DNA of 64,000 nucleotides from a virus (lineage: Duplodnaviria > Caudoviricetes), in IMG/VR virus record IMGVR_UViG_3300031993_000045, positions 1 through 64,000 of that record. One strand, 5' to 3'. The position numbers and the translations under genes were made by a program. The notes under the pieces are model-generated. The model worked only from the letters and a program-made list of their open reading frames with translations. It had not been told where the DNA came from and searched no databases. Within the stretch, counting starts at the first letter, position 1. Every line of letters begins with the position of its first letter. Shown here piece by piece: positions 10,373-19,433 of this stretch.

Positions 10373-10933
10373 TTACTCTCCCATCCAATGAACTCCAGTA
10401 GGACCAATTTCTAATTGAAGAATCTTATCACCTGAACCAGGTAATGCAAATGTGTAACGTTTGTTATTCACGTGGAGATTTACGTCAACTGGTCCACGAG
10501 TACCCCTGGCAGATCCTTCTGCCGACAATGAGGTACAAGACCAAGCTGTCTTAACTCCTAAATAACCTACGAGGAATAAACGATCGATAATATCGTTTGT
10601 ACGTCCTTCACGATCAAGAGACTCAATGATGTCGTCAGCCAATCCTTTGGCTATCACAGCGCCATCCTGATTCTTACCAGCTCGTGATTTCAGTACAGAT
10701 ATCATCTTTAACGCAAATGTTTCAATAGCTATACGTTTCTCAGCTCCGATCAAGCGGTTCCACCACCCAAACCTCGTCTTTCCTAAGACGATATCGCAAG
10801 TTTCGGCGTCGACCGTAATCTTTGACCAGAGGTTGTTTTCTGACTTGTCAATAAGACATTCCATAACCGCTGGATCAGAAAACATGATATTGATTAACAA
10901 TGCGCTACGTTTTGTAAGCGCCTGTTTCTCCAT
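10373..10933 (-). CDS. Hypothetical protein
   Basis: ORF track; co-directional with neighbours. Confidence 0.7.
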   Translation of the reverse strand: MEKQALTKRSALLINIMFSDPAVMECLIDKSENNLWSKITVDAETCDIVLGKTRFGWWNRLIGAEKRIAIETFALKMISVLKSRAGKNQDGAVIAKGLADDIIESLDREGRTNDIIDRLFLVGYLGVKTAWSCTSLSAEGSARGTRGPVDVNLHVNNKRYTFALPGSGDKILQLEIGPTGVHWMGE

Positions 10934-10938
10934 AGCTA

Positions 10939-11553
10939 TTAATCCTCGTTGTTATTGATGTGAACACGTAGGGTTGTCTCCTTACCATCAAGCTGATGGT
11001 AGTAAGACTCTGCGTATGCAGTATTCTTCTCGATAGTAGACTCAATTGAGCCAGCCATCTTCTTGAGGTCCTCGATCAAGTTGTTGATACGAGTAAGCTC
11101 CTTGACGTTCTCCTGATTAAGCATCTCTGCCAGCTTCTTGCCAGAAGAGAAGAAAGAGCGGAGGTTGTAAGAACTGTCCTTAGCGAGAGCCTTGGCAACG
11201 TTCTCAGCTGTAACGTCACGAGTAAACTTTGGATCATCTAGTGAGCAACGGATCTCGATGCTGTCACCAGCCTCGTTAACCTTGCCCTTGTTGAGTACGA
11301 TCTCAGGTGTACCATCGATACCCTTCTCGAGCTCGATACCTTCGATGTCAACTGCCTCAACCTTATAGCGGTTGATGTTGCGGTTTATAAACAAACCATT
11401 GTTGTGTGAAACTTCGTCAGACTTCTTATTGAAGTCGATGATGAGAGGAGCCTTTGTAGGCATGAACACACGCTTACCGTAAATCTTACCGAATTCGATC
11501 ATAGAGCCACGGTTCTCCTCTACGACCTGGATGTTAATTTTTGTACCTTCCAT
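10939..11553 (-). CDS. Hypothetical protein
   Basis: ORF with high-expression codon bias. Confidence 0.75.
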   Translation of the reverse strand: MEGTKINIQVVEENRGSMIEFGKIYGKRVFMPTKAPLIIDFNKKSDEVSHNNGLFINRNINRYKVEAVDIEGIELEKGIDGTPEIVLNKGKVNEAGDSIEIRCSLDDPKFTRDVTAENVAKALAKDSSYNLRSFFSSGKKLAEMLNQENVKELTRINNLIEDLKKMAGSIESTIEKNTAYAESYYHQLDGKETTLRVHINNNED

Positions 11554-13778
11554 TTTACTATATCCTATTTGATATCGTGGTTGATTCCACCAACGATATA
11601 GATTAAAACTGTGTGGGACTTACACCCACGTTAATTGAAAAAGTTTGATCGACAGTGCCCTCATAAAGGGTCATCTGACATTTGAAAAATTTGATTTGCC
11701 ATGACTAGTACATTTAAAATTACTAAGCGTTCTCCTGAACGCCGCTTTAAAGGTGTAAGTCATCTGCGCTTTATATTCCTTAGATATGAAGCTCAAACGC
11801 TGAAGTGGGAATCCAACGGTAGGATTAGCTTAGCCCTAAAATACACCTCCTGTTATGGAAAGCTATGAAAATAGTAAGCAAAGTCAATTGCTGTACATTC
11901 GCATGGATATTCTGATTTACTAAAAAGAATCTGAAGATTTCGACATTACTCAAGGTGTATACTAATCCTCGTATACACAGCGCTCTAAAGTTTCAAGAAT
12001 CGTGGAGGGTTCACTAGTTGAGTCGTTATCTTTTTCCAATATGTTTGCCTTGCTGATGCGCAGTGGGCCATAGTTTATTACGCTGGCTATGGCGCCTCGT
12101 CACCTGTTTTATATGAAACCAATACATCTTCCAGAGGATATACTAATTTCTACGTAAGGAGTACGTTTCTTTATCGAACAATCTAAGAGTTATAGTGCTC
12201 TTTCAGTCAGCTAAAATGCTTATTGACAGCGATTCTACGGCTTGGTTTCTTCTCTTGGCAGTTGCTTGCCTCATTGTTTATAGTGCACGAATATTCCTGG
12301 ATTCATCAGGACCCCATCATAGCCCCTCGTACGCTTTTGCACCGAGTTCTAGTAGTCGTCATTGAGCTGTTTAATTTTTCAAAACACCCACTCAAATCGC
12401 TTCTGACATTCTCTATATAGACAGTATAGACAATGCGCTAGGGGTTAGGTTCTACCTTTGCGGTCGCTCTGTTACACACATAGTGTTTCATCACTATATT
12501 TTACACAGCATTACAACGTGGTTACCATAATAACGGTTGGCACTCGGCTTCTGACTTCAGGTACTCACTTACTTACAACGTAAGTCTTTTCTCCTATCAG
12601 GGGACACCAATTTTTGTTAATGAATGTTAATACTGAAAAAGTTTCACTCGATGCATGCGCCATAAGAGCATAATCCTTTTTCAAGGTTTATTAAACAGTT
12701 TCCCATCTGTTCCTTGACATGAATCGTAGTACCTGAGACACTTTACTTATGCTCGATCTGTTAGGTTTGGAAAACTCAACAAGGAGAATTACATCCTCTG
12801 TAATAGTAGAACATGTTGTGAATGGACTAAACATCACTTAATCGGCACTAGCGGATCTCCCTTACTACTGGTGTGTAGCATCTTCGAATCATTCTAGTGT
12901 GCGCTTACTAATCCTTTGGAAGCACTAACAATTTCTGCACAGTATAAAAATACTCCACATGAATAACCATTTTCGTACATTATTCTTACCACAGAAAATA
13001 ACGTATCTTCATCATCAGTCTTATGAACGCGGACTCGTGTCGCTACGGTGCTGCATCCACCGTCCAGTCATTCCACTTTTATATAGCGCATGAACGACTA
13101 AGGCCTGGCGCTCTATCAACTAATCAGCCGTTTTACAGTTTCTACCGCGGAAAGGTTCTTGAATTGAACAAGATGGGCCTGATTACCTCCCCTTCATAGG
13201 ATTCCTGTCTTACATAGGCGACATATTTACGATACATCCTATAAGTAGTCTCTTATAGTCTTTCTGATAAGTTTAACTCCCTTCATATTTATGGTTGGAC
13301 CCATAAAGAACACTAGAGTGTGGATTTTTTAGTTAGTATACACACTGGGTTGGAGCCAGATGTGTTGCAGCTCGTGTTTGGTTAATTGTACATCGATTAC
13401 CGGACGATGCACATTGTCGATACCTGATCGTTTTGCCTTTCTTAGGACTTACGCGTCTTCTTGTACTACTAGTCACCAGTACGGTTCTCACATCGTAGTC
13501 CTGCATGCACAGTATGCAGTTTTACAAACGGGTTGACACACACGCTCTCCCGTATACAAGTCTGTTTTTCACGCAGATCATGTCTTCCACCCTACCTTTT
13601 GAGGCTCTTCTCTCAAGCCGTTCTTCCCTTTGAGGGCATACATATTCTCGGGTCAAGTAGTTATTGATTAACTAGTATTACCATACACTCATGAACGTTA
13701 TGAAAAATAGGAGAGTGGAAGGGAATCGAACCCCTCATACTAGTTCGAGCATGGGCTAATGAGACCCACTATAAGCTC
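11554..13778. other. 2.2-kb ORF-free, hairpin-rich block (candidate large ncRNA or origin)
   Basis: No minus-strand ORF in the track; in spot checks all three minus frames are closed by TAA/TGA even if TAG is sense; many local helices. Confidence 0.5.
13713..13773 (-). ncRNA. Degenerate tRNA-like element
   Basis: T-arm AGGGG-TTCGATT-CCCTT, acceptor ATAGTGG/CCACTCT, one internal hairpin CATGCT/AGTATG, no canonical D-arm or anticodon loop. Confidence 0.35.
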
Positions 13779-14204
13779 TTACACTGGTGCTTTCCTTACA
13801 TCCAGCAGGAATGTGCTATCGTTTTTAGGAACAAAGAATGGTGCCCAAATTCTAATGAATCTGAGTTCCATATCTTGATATCGTCCGCCGATACTGTCCA
13901 GAGGTGCTTCCTTACGCTCCTCGCGAACTATTGGACGTGTGAGTGAGACGTTTTCACACGTAGCACAAGGTTCTCGCTTTACCTTGTAGCGTACTTTGGT
14001 TATTACTTTAGGTACAGTGTCTCGTATCGTGTCACCTGTGAAAATGGTGTCGTGTACCTGTACCTTAACTGGGTTCAACAACTTGTGGAGGGGAACCTCC
14101 GCTGCTGATATGGTGTTCATTGGCTGAGTTTTAGACTCTGTGCTAATGTAAGCACCATACGCGCACAAAAGAGCGCACGATAAAACTGTAGCTATATTTT
14201 TCAT
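13779..14204 (-). CDS. Putative exported or membrane-anchored protein
   Basis: N-terminal hydrophobic segment MKNIATVLSCALLCAYGAY. Confidence 0.6.
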   Translation of the reverse strand: MKNIATVLSCALLCAYGAYISTESKTQPMNTISAAEVPLHKLLNPVKVQVHDTIFTGDTIRDTVPKVITKVRYKVKREPCATCENVSLTRPIVREERKEAPLDSIGGRYQDMELRFIRIWAPFFVPKNDSTFLLDVRKAPV

Positions 14205-14361
14205 ATTGATTATGATGTTTATTTGCCATACTGCCACTCGTTATAAGCGTCAATTGCTTTGTGACAATGACGTCTTACTGGCTCAATGATCTTTTTACGG
14301 ATCATGTGACGGAAACCTTCTTCAGATTCCTCTTCAGAAGGCTTCTGCTCACCCGAGTGCG

Positions 14362-15861
14362 TTACGCGTTTTTTGACTCCTGATTGTCGTCCTTCTTCTC
14401 TTCAGCAGCCTTTGCAGCCTTCTTGGTCTCAAGTTCAGCCTTCTTCTGCTTAGCTACCTTCTTCTCATAATCTTCGATGGACATCTTCTTGACTTCAAGG
14501 AGATTAGCCTCATCGTAGTTCTGATGCTTATTACCAGGAACACGGAAGAGATTAAGGATGATACCGCCTCGCATCTTAAGGTTAGCCTCAAGATTCTCGT
14601 AGCGTGGACGCTCGTCGAGGTTTACATCCTTATAGTACTGCTGGAGGATACGACCGAATGCCTTGTGAACATCTTCGTTGTCCTTGTCGAGGAAGTCGAA
14701 TGAAACGTTAGAGAGTTCGTTCAGGATGTTTTCGTTATCCTTGATCTCACGCTCATAACCAGCCTTACGAGCCTCGGCATCCTTCTCCTTAGGATCAAGA
14801 GCCGCAAGCAGAGTCTTAGCATTCTCGATACGATCGTTAGCGATCATCTCAATGAGAGCACGAGTAGCATCAGCGATAGACTGGTCGTCCCAATCTGGCT
14901 TATCCTTGTCCTTATCGGTCATGTGATTACGAAGAATGAGGAACGCTGGGAGAACAGAACCTGTCTCTGTCATGATTGTATGCATACCTACACCAATACC
15001 CTTCAGGTGGATAGTAGGCTTAACATAGTTGAACGCATCCATCAGGATCTCGTACATACTACGCTCAGCGGTACGCTCACGTGCCTCACCTGCATTCTCA
15101 GCTTGTGCTGCAAGTTCGAGTCTGTACTCCTGCATGAAGTCAACGGTCTCAATGAGAGCGTTCTTAGGAGACTTGTTCTTCTTGAGATTGTCGATAAGGA
15201 TGAACTTAAGAGCCTTGTCAAGATCCTCTTCACCTAAGTGAGCTACCTTCTTAGGATCGAGTTCGATCTTACCTGCTGCACCTTGCTCAGCAATGTCCTT
15301 CTCTTCCTTGGCCTGCTTCTTGGTCTCTTCTGAAACCTGAATCTGGTCAGTCTTAACGACAACCTGATTCTCGTTAGCCTCACCTGTGCTAGGATCTACA
15401 GGAGCAGCGAGAAGCTTGACATCTGGAAGTGTGACGCCGATTTCCTTGGCAGCGGCCATAAGCTGTGGGTAGCAGCTCTTCTTGACTACATATGCAAGTG
15501 TGCTGTTATCGTTTACTGATACATCAGCCCATACTGCAACGATACCTGCGGCTACAACGCGGTCCATTGTGTCAATAACCGTCTTGCCATACTTTCCTTC
15601 AGCGTTTGGATCTTCGATAAACTGACGTCTTGTCAGATCCAAAAGACGAACCTGTCCGTCCATTGACAGACCTCCGGCGCCTTTACCAGCAACGATGTTC
15701 TCGATAGTTTCTACTGTACCTTTTTGGTTGGTGGCAACAGTCTGAACTACTGGGCGCTCTACCTCAGGATTTTCAACTTTTGGTGCTGGATCTACCTGTG
15801 GAGCTTTCTTTGAAGCAGGAGCTGTTGCTGGTTTCTTGTTATTATTATTTTTCTTAGACAT
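14362..15861 (-). CDS. Abundant acidic/coiled-coil protein of about 500 aa; possible -1 frameshift extension to 14219
   Basis: Strong codon bias; start at MSKKNNN; ends ...A AAA AAC GCG TAA. Confidence 0.8.
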   Translation of the reverse strand: MSKKNNNNKKPATAPASKKAPQVDPAPKVENPEVERPVVQTVATNQKGTVETIENIVAGKGAGGLSMDGQVRLLDLTRRQFIEDPNAEGKYGKTVIDTMDRVVAAGIVAVWADVSVNDNSTLAYVVKKSCYPQLMAAAKEIGVTLPDVKLLAAPVDPSTGEANENQVVVKTDQIQVSEETKKQAKEEKDIAEQGAAGKIELDPKKVAHLGEEDLDKALKFILIDNLKKNKSPKNALIETVDFMQEYRLELAAQAENAGEARERTAERSMYEILMDAFNYVKPTIHLKGIGVGMHTIMTETGSVLPAFLILRNHMTDKDKDKPDWDDQSIADATRALIEMIANDRIENAKTLLAALDPKEKDAEARKAGYEREIKDNENILNELSNVSFDFLDKDNEDVHKAFGRILQQYYKDVNLDERPRYENLEANLKMRGGIILNLFRVPGNKHQNYDEANLLEVKKMSIEDYEKKVAKQKKAELETKKAAKAAEEKKDDNQESKNA

Positions 15862-15938
15862 TTTGATAATGTTTTTAAAAGTTAAACGAATGTTAATAAA
15901 CGCAGAATCACATGAAATCATAAGTGGTAATTAAGCAT

Positions 15939-16346
15939 TCAGCTTGTGTTTACCGGTTCAATGAATCCTATGTCACACTCCGCGTTTAATGTTACGTGGT
16001 TGCGAGAATTTGGTGTAATGTCACGACAGTTGTTCTCAACTAATGCAACTTTTGCCATTGCTGGAGCGACATTGCTGTCACTTTCGTCAAGAACACAGAT
16101 GTCTTTCGGCAGAGCTGGGTCAAAGATACCATCAATGACTGTGAGTGCCTGAGACGGCTGCATTGCTGTTACAACTGTTACACCACTCTTCTTGCTGTTG
16201 AGTGCCTTATAGGTCTTTCCAACATGACCACAACTAAAGCCAATGAGGAAGCTCATCAAGAGCTGCCAGAAGAGCTTATTGCTCTTGTTGTAACGGCTTA
16301 TCCCGAATATTACGAGACAACCGAGAATTAGACTTATTAGTGTCAT
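15939..16346 (-). CDS. Membrane protein with two N-terminal TM helices
   Basis: MTLISLILGCLVIFGI...LFWQLLMSFLIGFSCG. Confidence 0.7.
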   Translation of the reverse strand: MTLISLILGCLVIFGISRYNKSNKLFWQLLMSFLIGFSCGHVGKTYKALNSKKSGVTVVTAMQPSQALTVIDGIFDPALPKDICVLDESDSNVAPAMAKVALVENNCRDITPNSRNHVTLNAECDIGFIEPVNTS

Positions 16347-16902
16347 TTTGGTCAATTTTTAAGTGGTTTCTTAAAATCTTACGCATTCTGTGTAGATTCG
16401 ACTTAATAGTTCCTTTTGGCACACCTAATGCTTTGCTTATTTCCGCTATCGGCATATTGTCTACATAAAACATCCTACAAGTATCTCGATACGAGGGAGA
16501 TAGCTTGTCAAACATCGCAATGAGATTTTCGTATGTCATACGATCGATATACGATTTTTCAGTATCATCAGAGCTCTCTTCGAACTCGTTTGCGGTGATA
16601 CCCTCTTGCAATGAATACGTTTGCTTTACTGTGCGTAGATAGTCAATAGCGACATTCTTTGTTAGGATACGAAGCCATCCACCAAAGGTGTCATAGTTCG
16701 TAAACGTAGAGATCTTGTCAAAGACTTTCAGAAAGACAATGTTTGCAATGTCTTTAGCCTCATCCTCATCTTTGATATACGTCATTAAGACGCCTTCAAC
16801 GAAAGGCTTGTAGCGATTGAAAATCTTTGTGAAAGCCAGTTCTGAACCAGCTTTCGCGCTTTTGATAAGAGCGATCTCCTCGGGGGTAATATCGTTCTTC
16901 AT
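16276..16902 (-). CDS. ECF (RpoE-like) sigma-70 factor
   Basis: Region 2 AFTKIFNRY...DEAKDIANIVFLK...FGGWLRILTKNVAIDYLR; region 4 LSPSYRDTCRMFYVDNMPIAEISKALGVPKGTIKSNLHRMRKIL. Confidence 0.88.
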   Translation of the reverse strand: MKNDITPEEIALIKSAKAGSELAFTKIFNRYKPFVEGVLMTYIKDEDEAKDIANIVFLKVFDKISTFTNYDTFGGWLRILTKNVAIDYLRTVKQTYSLQEGITANEFEESSDDTEKSYIDRMTYENLIAMFDKLSPSYRDTCRMFYVDNMPIAEISKALGVPKGTIKSNLHRMRKILRNHLKIDQNDTNKSNSRLSRNIRDKPLQQEQ

Positions 16903-16913
16903 CAAAATTCAAG

Positions 16914-17210
16914 TTAGAACGGAAGTGTGCTAAGCTCATAATCTATACGAGCTTGCCTGATGTTCGCAACAAAGTATGTATGAATAACAGTTTTCTGATA
17001 ATCCATTACTGACTTCATTTTAAACAACATGCCAGTTGCTATTCTGACTTTTACATCCGTTGTCGTCCAATTATCAGTAGAAATCTGCTGACAAATATTC
17101 TTATTAACCCACCTTAACCAAACTATAAGATCGTGATTTTTCATTATCTCAAGCCACGGATAAGGTTTGATTACTGTGTTAGAACACTCATAGCACTTAA
17201 GAAGATCCAT
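16914..17210 (-). CDS. Hypothetical protein
   Basis: ORF track; tightly packed. Confidence 0.65.
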   Translation of the reverse strand: MDLLKCYECSNTVIKPYPWLEIMKNHDLIVWLRWVNKNICQQISTDNWTTTDVKVRIATGMLFKMKSVMDYQKTVIHTYFVANIRQARIDYELSTLPF

Positions 17211-17212
17211 AA

Positions 17213-17659
17213 TTAAAGCTTTTCGATTAGATAATTAGCCAAAGTTTCTTTGATGCCATACTTCTCAACAAGCTTGTTTACAGTCACTTCTTCAGGTTCT
17301 CCTTTATCTCGATCTGATTTAATCAAATCTTTGATATAGGGTGTCTTCACCGCAAACCATGCAACCCAATCAGAGATTTTGTTCCAATAGTTAAACTCAT
17401 CAAGAGTTTCCTCTTTGTTGAGTCGGTGAAGTTCGAGCGTATCTTTGAACGTCCACTTCTTTAAGTTAAAAGTGTCGTTCACGTATTTCATTTTCCGATC
17501 GTTGTTTTGTTTTCGGGTGTGAGTGACATCAGTATTCAAAGGTGCGATACCAATGTTGTAAATACGCTCGACATAACGTCGGCGACATTTAAGCCAACGT
17601 AGAGCCAAATCCCATGTTGCAGGGATTCGATCAGATATTAATTTACGATATCCGCTCAT
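17213..17659 (-). CDS. Hypothetical protein
   Basis: ORF track; tightly packed. Confidence 0.65.
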   Translation of the reverse strand: MSGYRKLISDRIPATWDLALRWLKCRRRYVERIYNIGIAPLNTDVTHTRKQNNDRKMKYVNDTFNLKKWTFKDTLELHRLNKEETLDEFNYWNKISDWVAWFAVKTPYIKDLIKSDRDKGEPEEVTVNKLVEKYGIKETLANYLIEKL

Positions 17660-17705
17660 AATTTCAGTAAGTTAGTAAATATGAAGGATTCGAACCTTCT
17701 ATATC

Positions 17706-18296
17706 TTAGTTCCTTACTTTGAACACTCTCATATGCAGTGTAGGGAAGATTTCTTTTACTTTTTCTTCTGACACCGCGTTATGCAAGGTGACATAACAAA
17801 CATTCTTGTTCGTCATGACAGAATCCTTATCTACGCCTGCTTTTAGTAGCATTGCCTTAACGGCACGTTCACCATGAGCTACGATAGGTACATCGATTTC
17901 TTCTACAGAGAGTACACGACGTCTTTCATCGCGCTTGTACACGGTCTTCTTTCTCATCTTGTCAGTATGATAATAGAAGTTAGAAGGAACCAGAATCTGT
18001 AGGATTCTTTTTACTGTAACCGCAGGAGTCTCTTTTTTGGAAACAGGGACGATCCAGCTCTTTTCACCGTTTTGGTGATAGAACTTCTTACATCCGAAAT
18101 GTTCCTGATTGAATGCGACACGTTGTGCATGAATAACTTCTGGATTTACTCGTTGCACATTTTCGATTCGCCTTCCTGTCGGTTCATCTTTAGCCTTAGG
18201 CGTCATCTTAATTGTTAGCGCCTTAGACTGCTTACTCGTCGTTTTCTTCCAGACCGCTCCGGAACGATTTTTAGCATGCAAATAAACTTTCTTCAT
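17706..18296 (-). CDS. Hypothetical basic protein
   Basis: Start moved to MKKVYLH, which carries the TAAC...ATCAAGATG leader; the longer track ORF overlaps tRNA-Leu. Confidence 0.65.
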   Translation of the reverse strand: MKKVYLHAKNRSGAVWKKTTSKQSKALTIKMTPKAKDEPTGRRIENVQRVNPEVIHAQRVAFNQEHFGCKKFYHQNGEKSWIVPVSKKETPAVTVKRILQILVPSNFYYHTDKMRKKTVYKRDERRRVLSVEEIDVPIVAHGERAVKAMLLKAGVDKDSVMTNKNVCYVTLHNAVSEEKVKEIFPTLHMRVFKVRN

Positions 18297-18361
18297 CTTG
18301 ATGATTTTTGAAGTTAATAATGTGAATGTCCAGTTTTTGTAAAGAACTTGGTAAAAACTTG

Positions 18362-18447
18362 TGCTGAGAGCGGGAATCGAACCCACACGACCCTTTCGGA
18401 TCAAGGGATTTTAAGTCCCTTGCGTCTACCCATTCCGCCATCACAGC
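18362..18447 (-). tRNA. tRNA-Leu (anticodon TAA)
   Basis: GCTGTGA/TCTCAGC acceptor, AGGGA-CT TAA AA-TCCCT anticodon arm, long variable arm, GTGGG-TTCGATT-CCCGC T-arm. Confidence 0.93.
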
Positions 18448-18449
18448 AG

Positions 18450-18620
18450 CCTGGGACGCTGATTAATCAGCGCCTGTCATAAAGACCACTTTCGTAGTTT
18501 CCCACGCTGACTTTACTTACGCTACGTGAGTATAGTCAAGGATGCAATTGTTATTGCCAGTTAAATTTGGATTTATGAGTCTCGTACTTATCTCATGTGC
18601 AGTCAATGCCAGTTATCCCC
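18450..18620 (-). ncRNA. ssrA: tmRNA coding piece (5' acceptor strand plus tag ORF) of a permuted ssrA gene
   Basis: Begins GGGGATAACTGGCATTGAC; resume context TTTAACT-GGC; tag GNNNCILDYTHVA* at 18558-18517; 3' boundary approximate. Confidence 0.85.
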
Positions 18621-18761
18621 ATGTTAAAAAAGGTGGGGCGGCGGCAGAAAAAAATCCATAGAAAACTAATCGCATAATATAATCAGCAATAATATAGGAC
18701 GCCCTTTAACGCCCGAATTAAGTTAATTATTCTTGTTTACTAGAGGTTGCCGCCCCACCAT

Positions 18762-18860
18762 TGGTGGAGATAGAGGGAATCGAACCCTCGTCCTAACACA
18801 CTTGCATCGTACTAATAACGACTCAGTAGGACCTAAAGGGAGTGATCAGCTCCCTATAGG
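18762..18860 (-). ncRNA. ssrA: tmRNA acceptor piece (T-arm plus CCA end) of a permuted ssrA gene
   Basis: Ends GGAC-GAGGG-TTCGATT-CCCTC-TATCTCC-A-CCA; pairs with GGGGATA giving G3.U70 and A73; 5' boundary approximate. Confidence 0.87.
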
Positions 18861-19433
18861 TTAATTATATCTCAATACTAACTTGTGAATAACAGAAAAA
18901 CCCTTGCAAGACCAGCCTAAATGGAAGTGCAGTACTACCGGTAATAAGCTTTGGTTTATTAGACTGAAATTTTTCTATATATTCAAAAGGTCTAGTGAGG
19001 TACAATCTTATATATGTTGTGTACTTAACCGTCCTGCCTCAAGGGTCTTGTCCAGTGTACAACAGTATCACTTTGAAGTCCATATGTGTCATAAGACAGG
19101 CTCGGTGGCTCACATATTTTGCTTTTATTTTGAACAAAGTACGTATTTACTCCTACGCGGGAGGTTCCGTCCTCACGTGGCTCAAAGGCTCTTGTGTTTC
19201 TCGTTAATTCGAGACATCGTAAAGTTACTTCCATTCGGCACACGGAATTGGTTCTATCCAGGTCTGGCAGGTCGATAACATAAGATTGCACTGCTAAGGA
19301 TGATACCCTACCGCACCAAGCCACTTCTTCATTTCGCTTTACTTCGGATACATTACTGACTCGTAGGTTCTGAATGCGGGGCTTGACTATTACGTCCTTT
19401 CTGAAATCGCTCTTGATTGAGCCAACGACGTAA

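Noticed and set aside
12965-13030. Hammerhead ribozyme (CTGATGA...hairpin...CGAAA on the minus strand)
   Set aside because: Six extra nucleotides separate CTGATGA from stem II, and no stem I or III partner with an NUH site is visible
13235-13262. Group I intron P7-like AGAGACTA
   Set aside because: It sits in a local hairpin loop, there is no matching S element, and no host gene is interrupted
16276-16355. Frameshift at the sigma-factor C-terminus (about 70-nt overlap with the next gene)
   Set aside because: Region 4 is complete before the overlap; an unstructured tail explains it
18621-18761. tmRNA intervening stem plus TTTTTT as a simple intrinsic terminator
   Set aside because: The loop exceeds 100 nt and the stem joins the CCA end to the GGGG start, which fits a permuted precursor better; attenuation is not excluded
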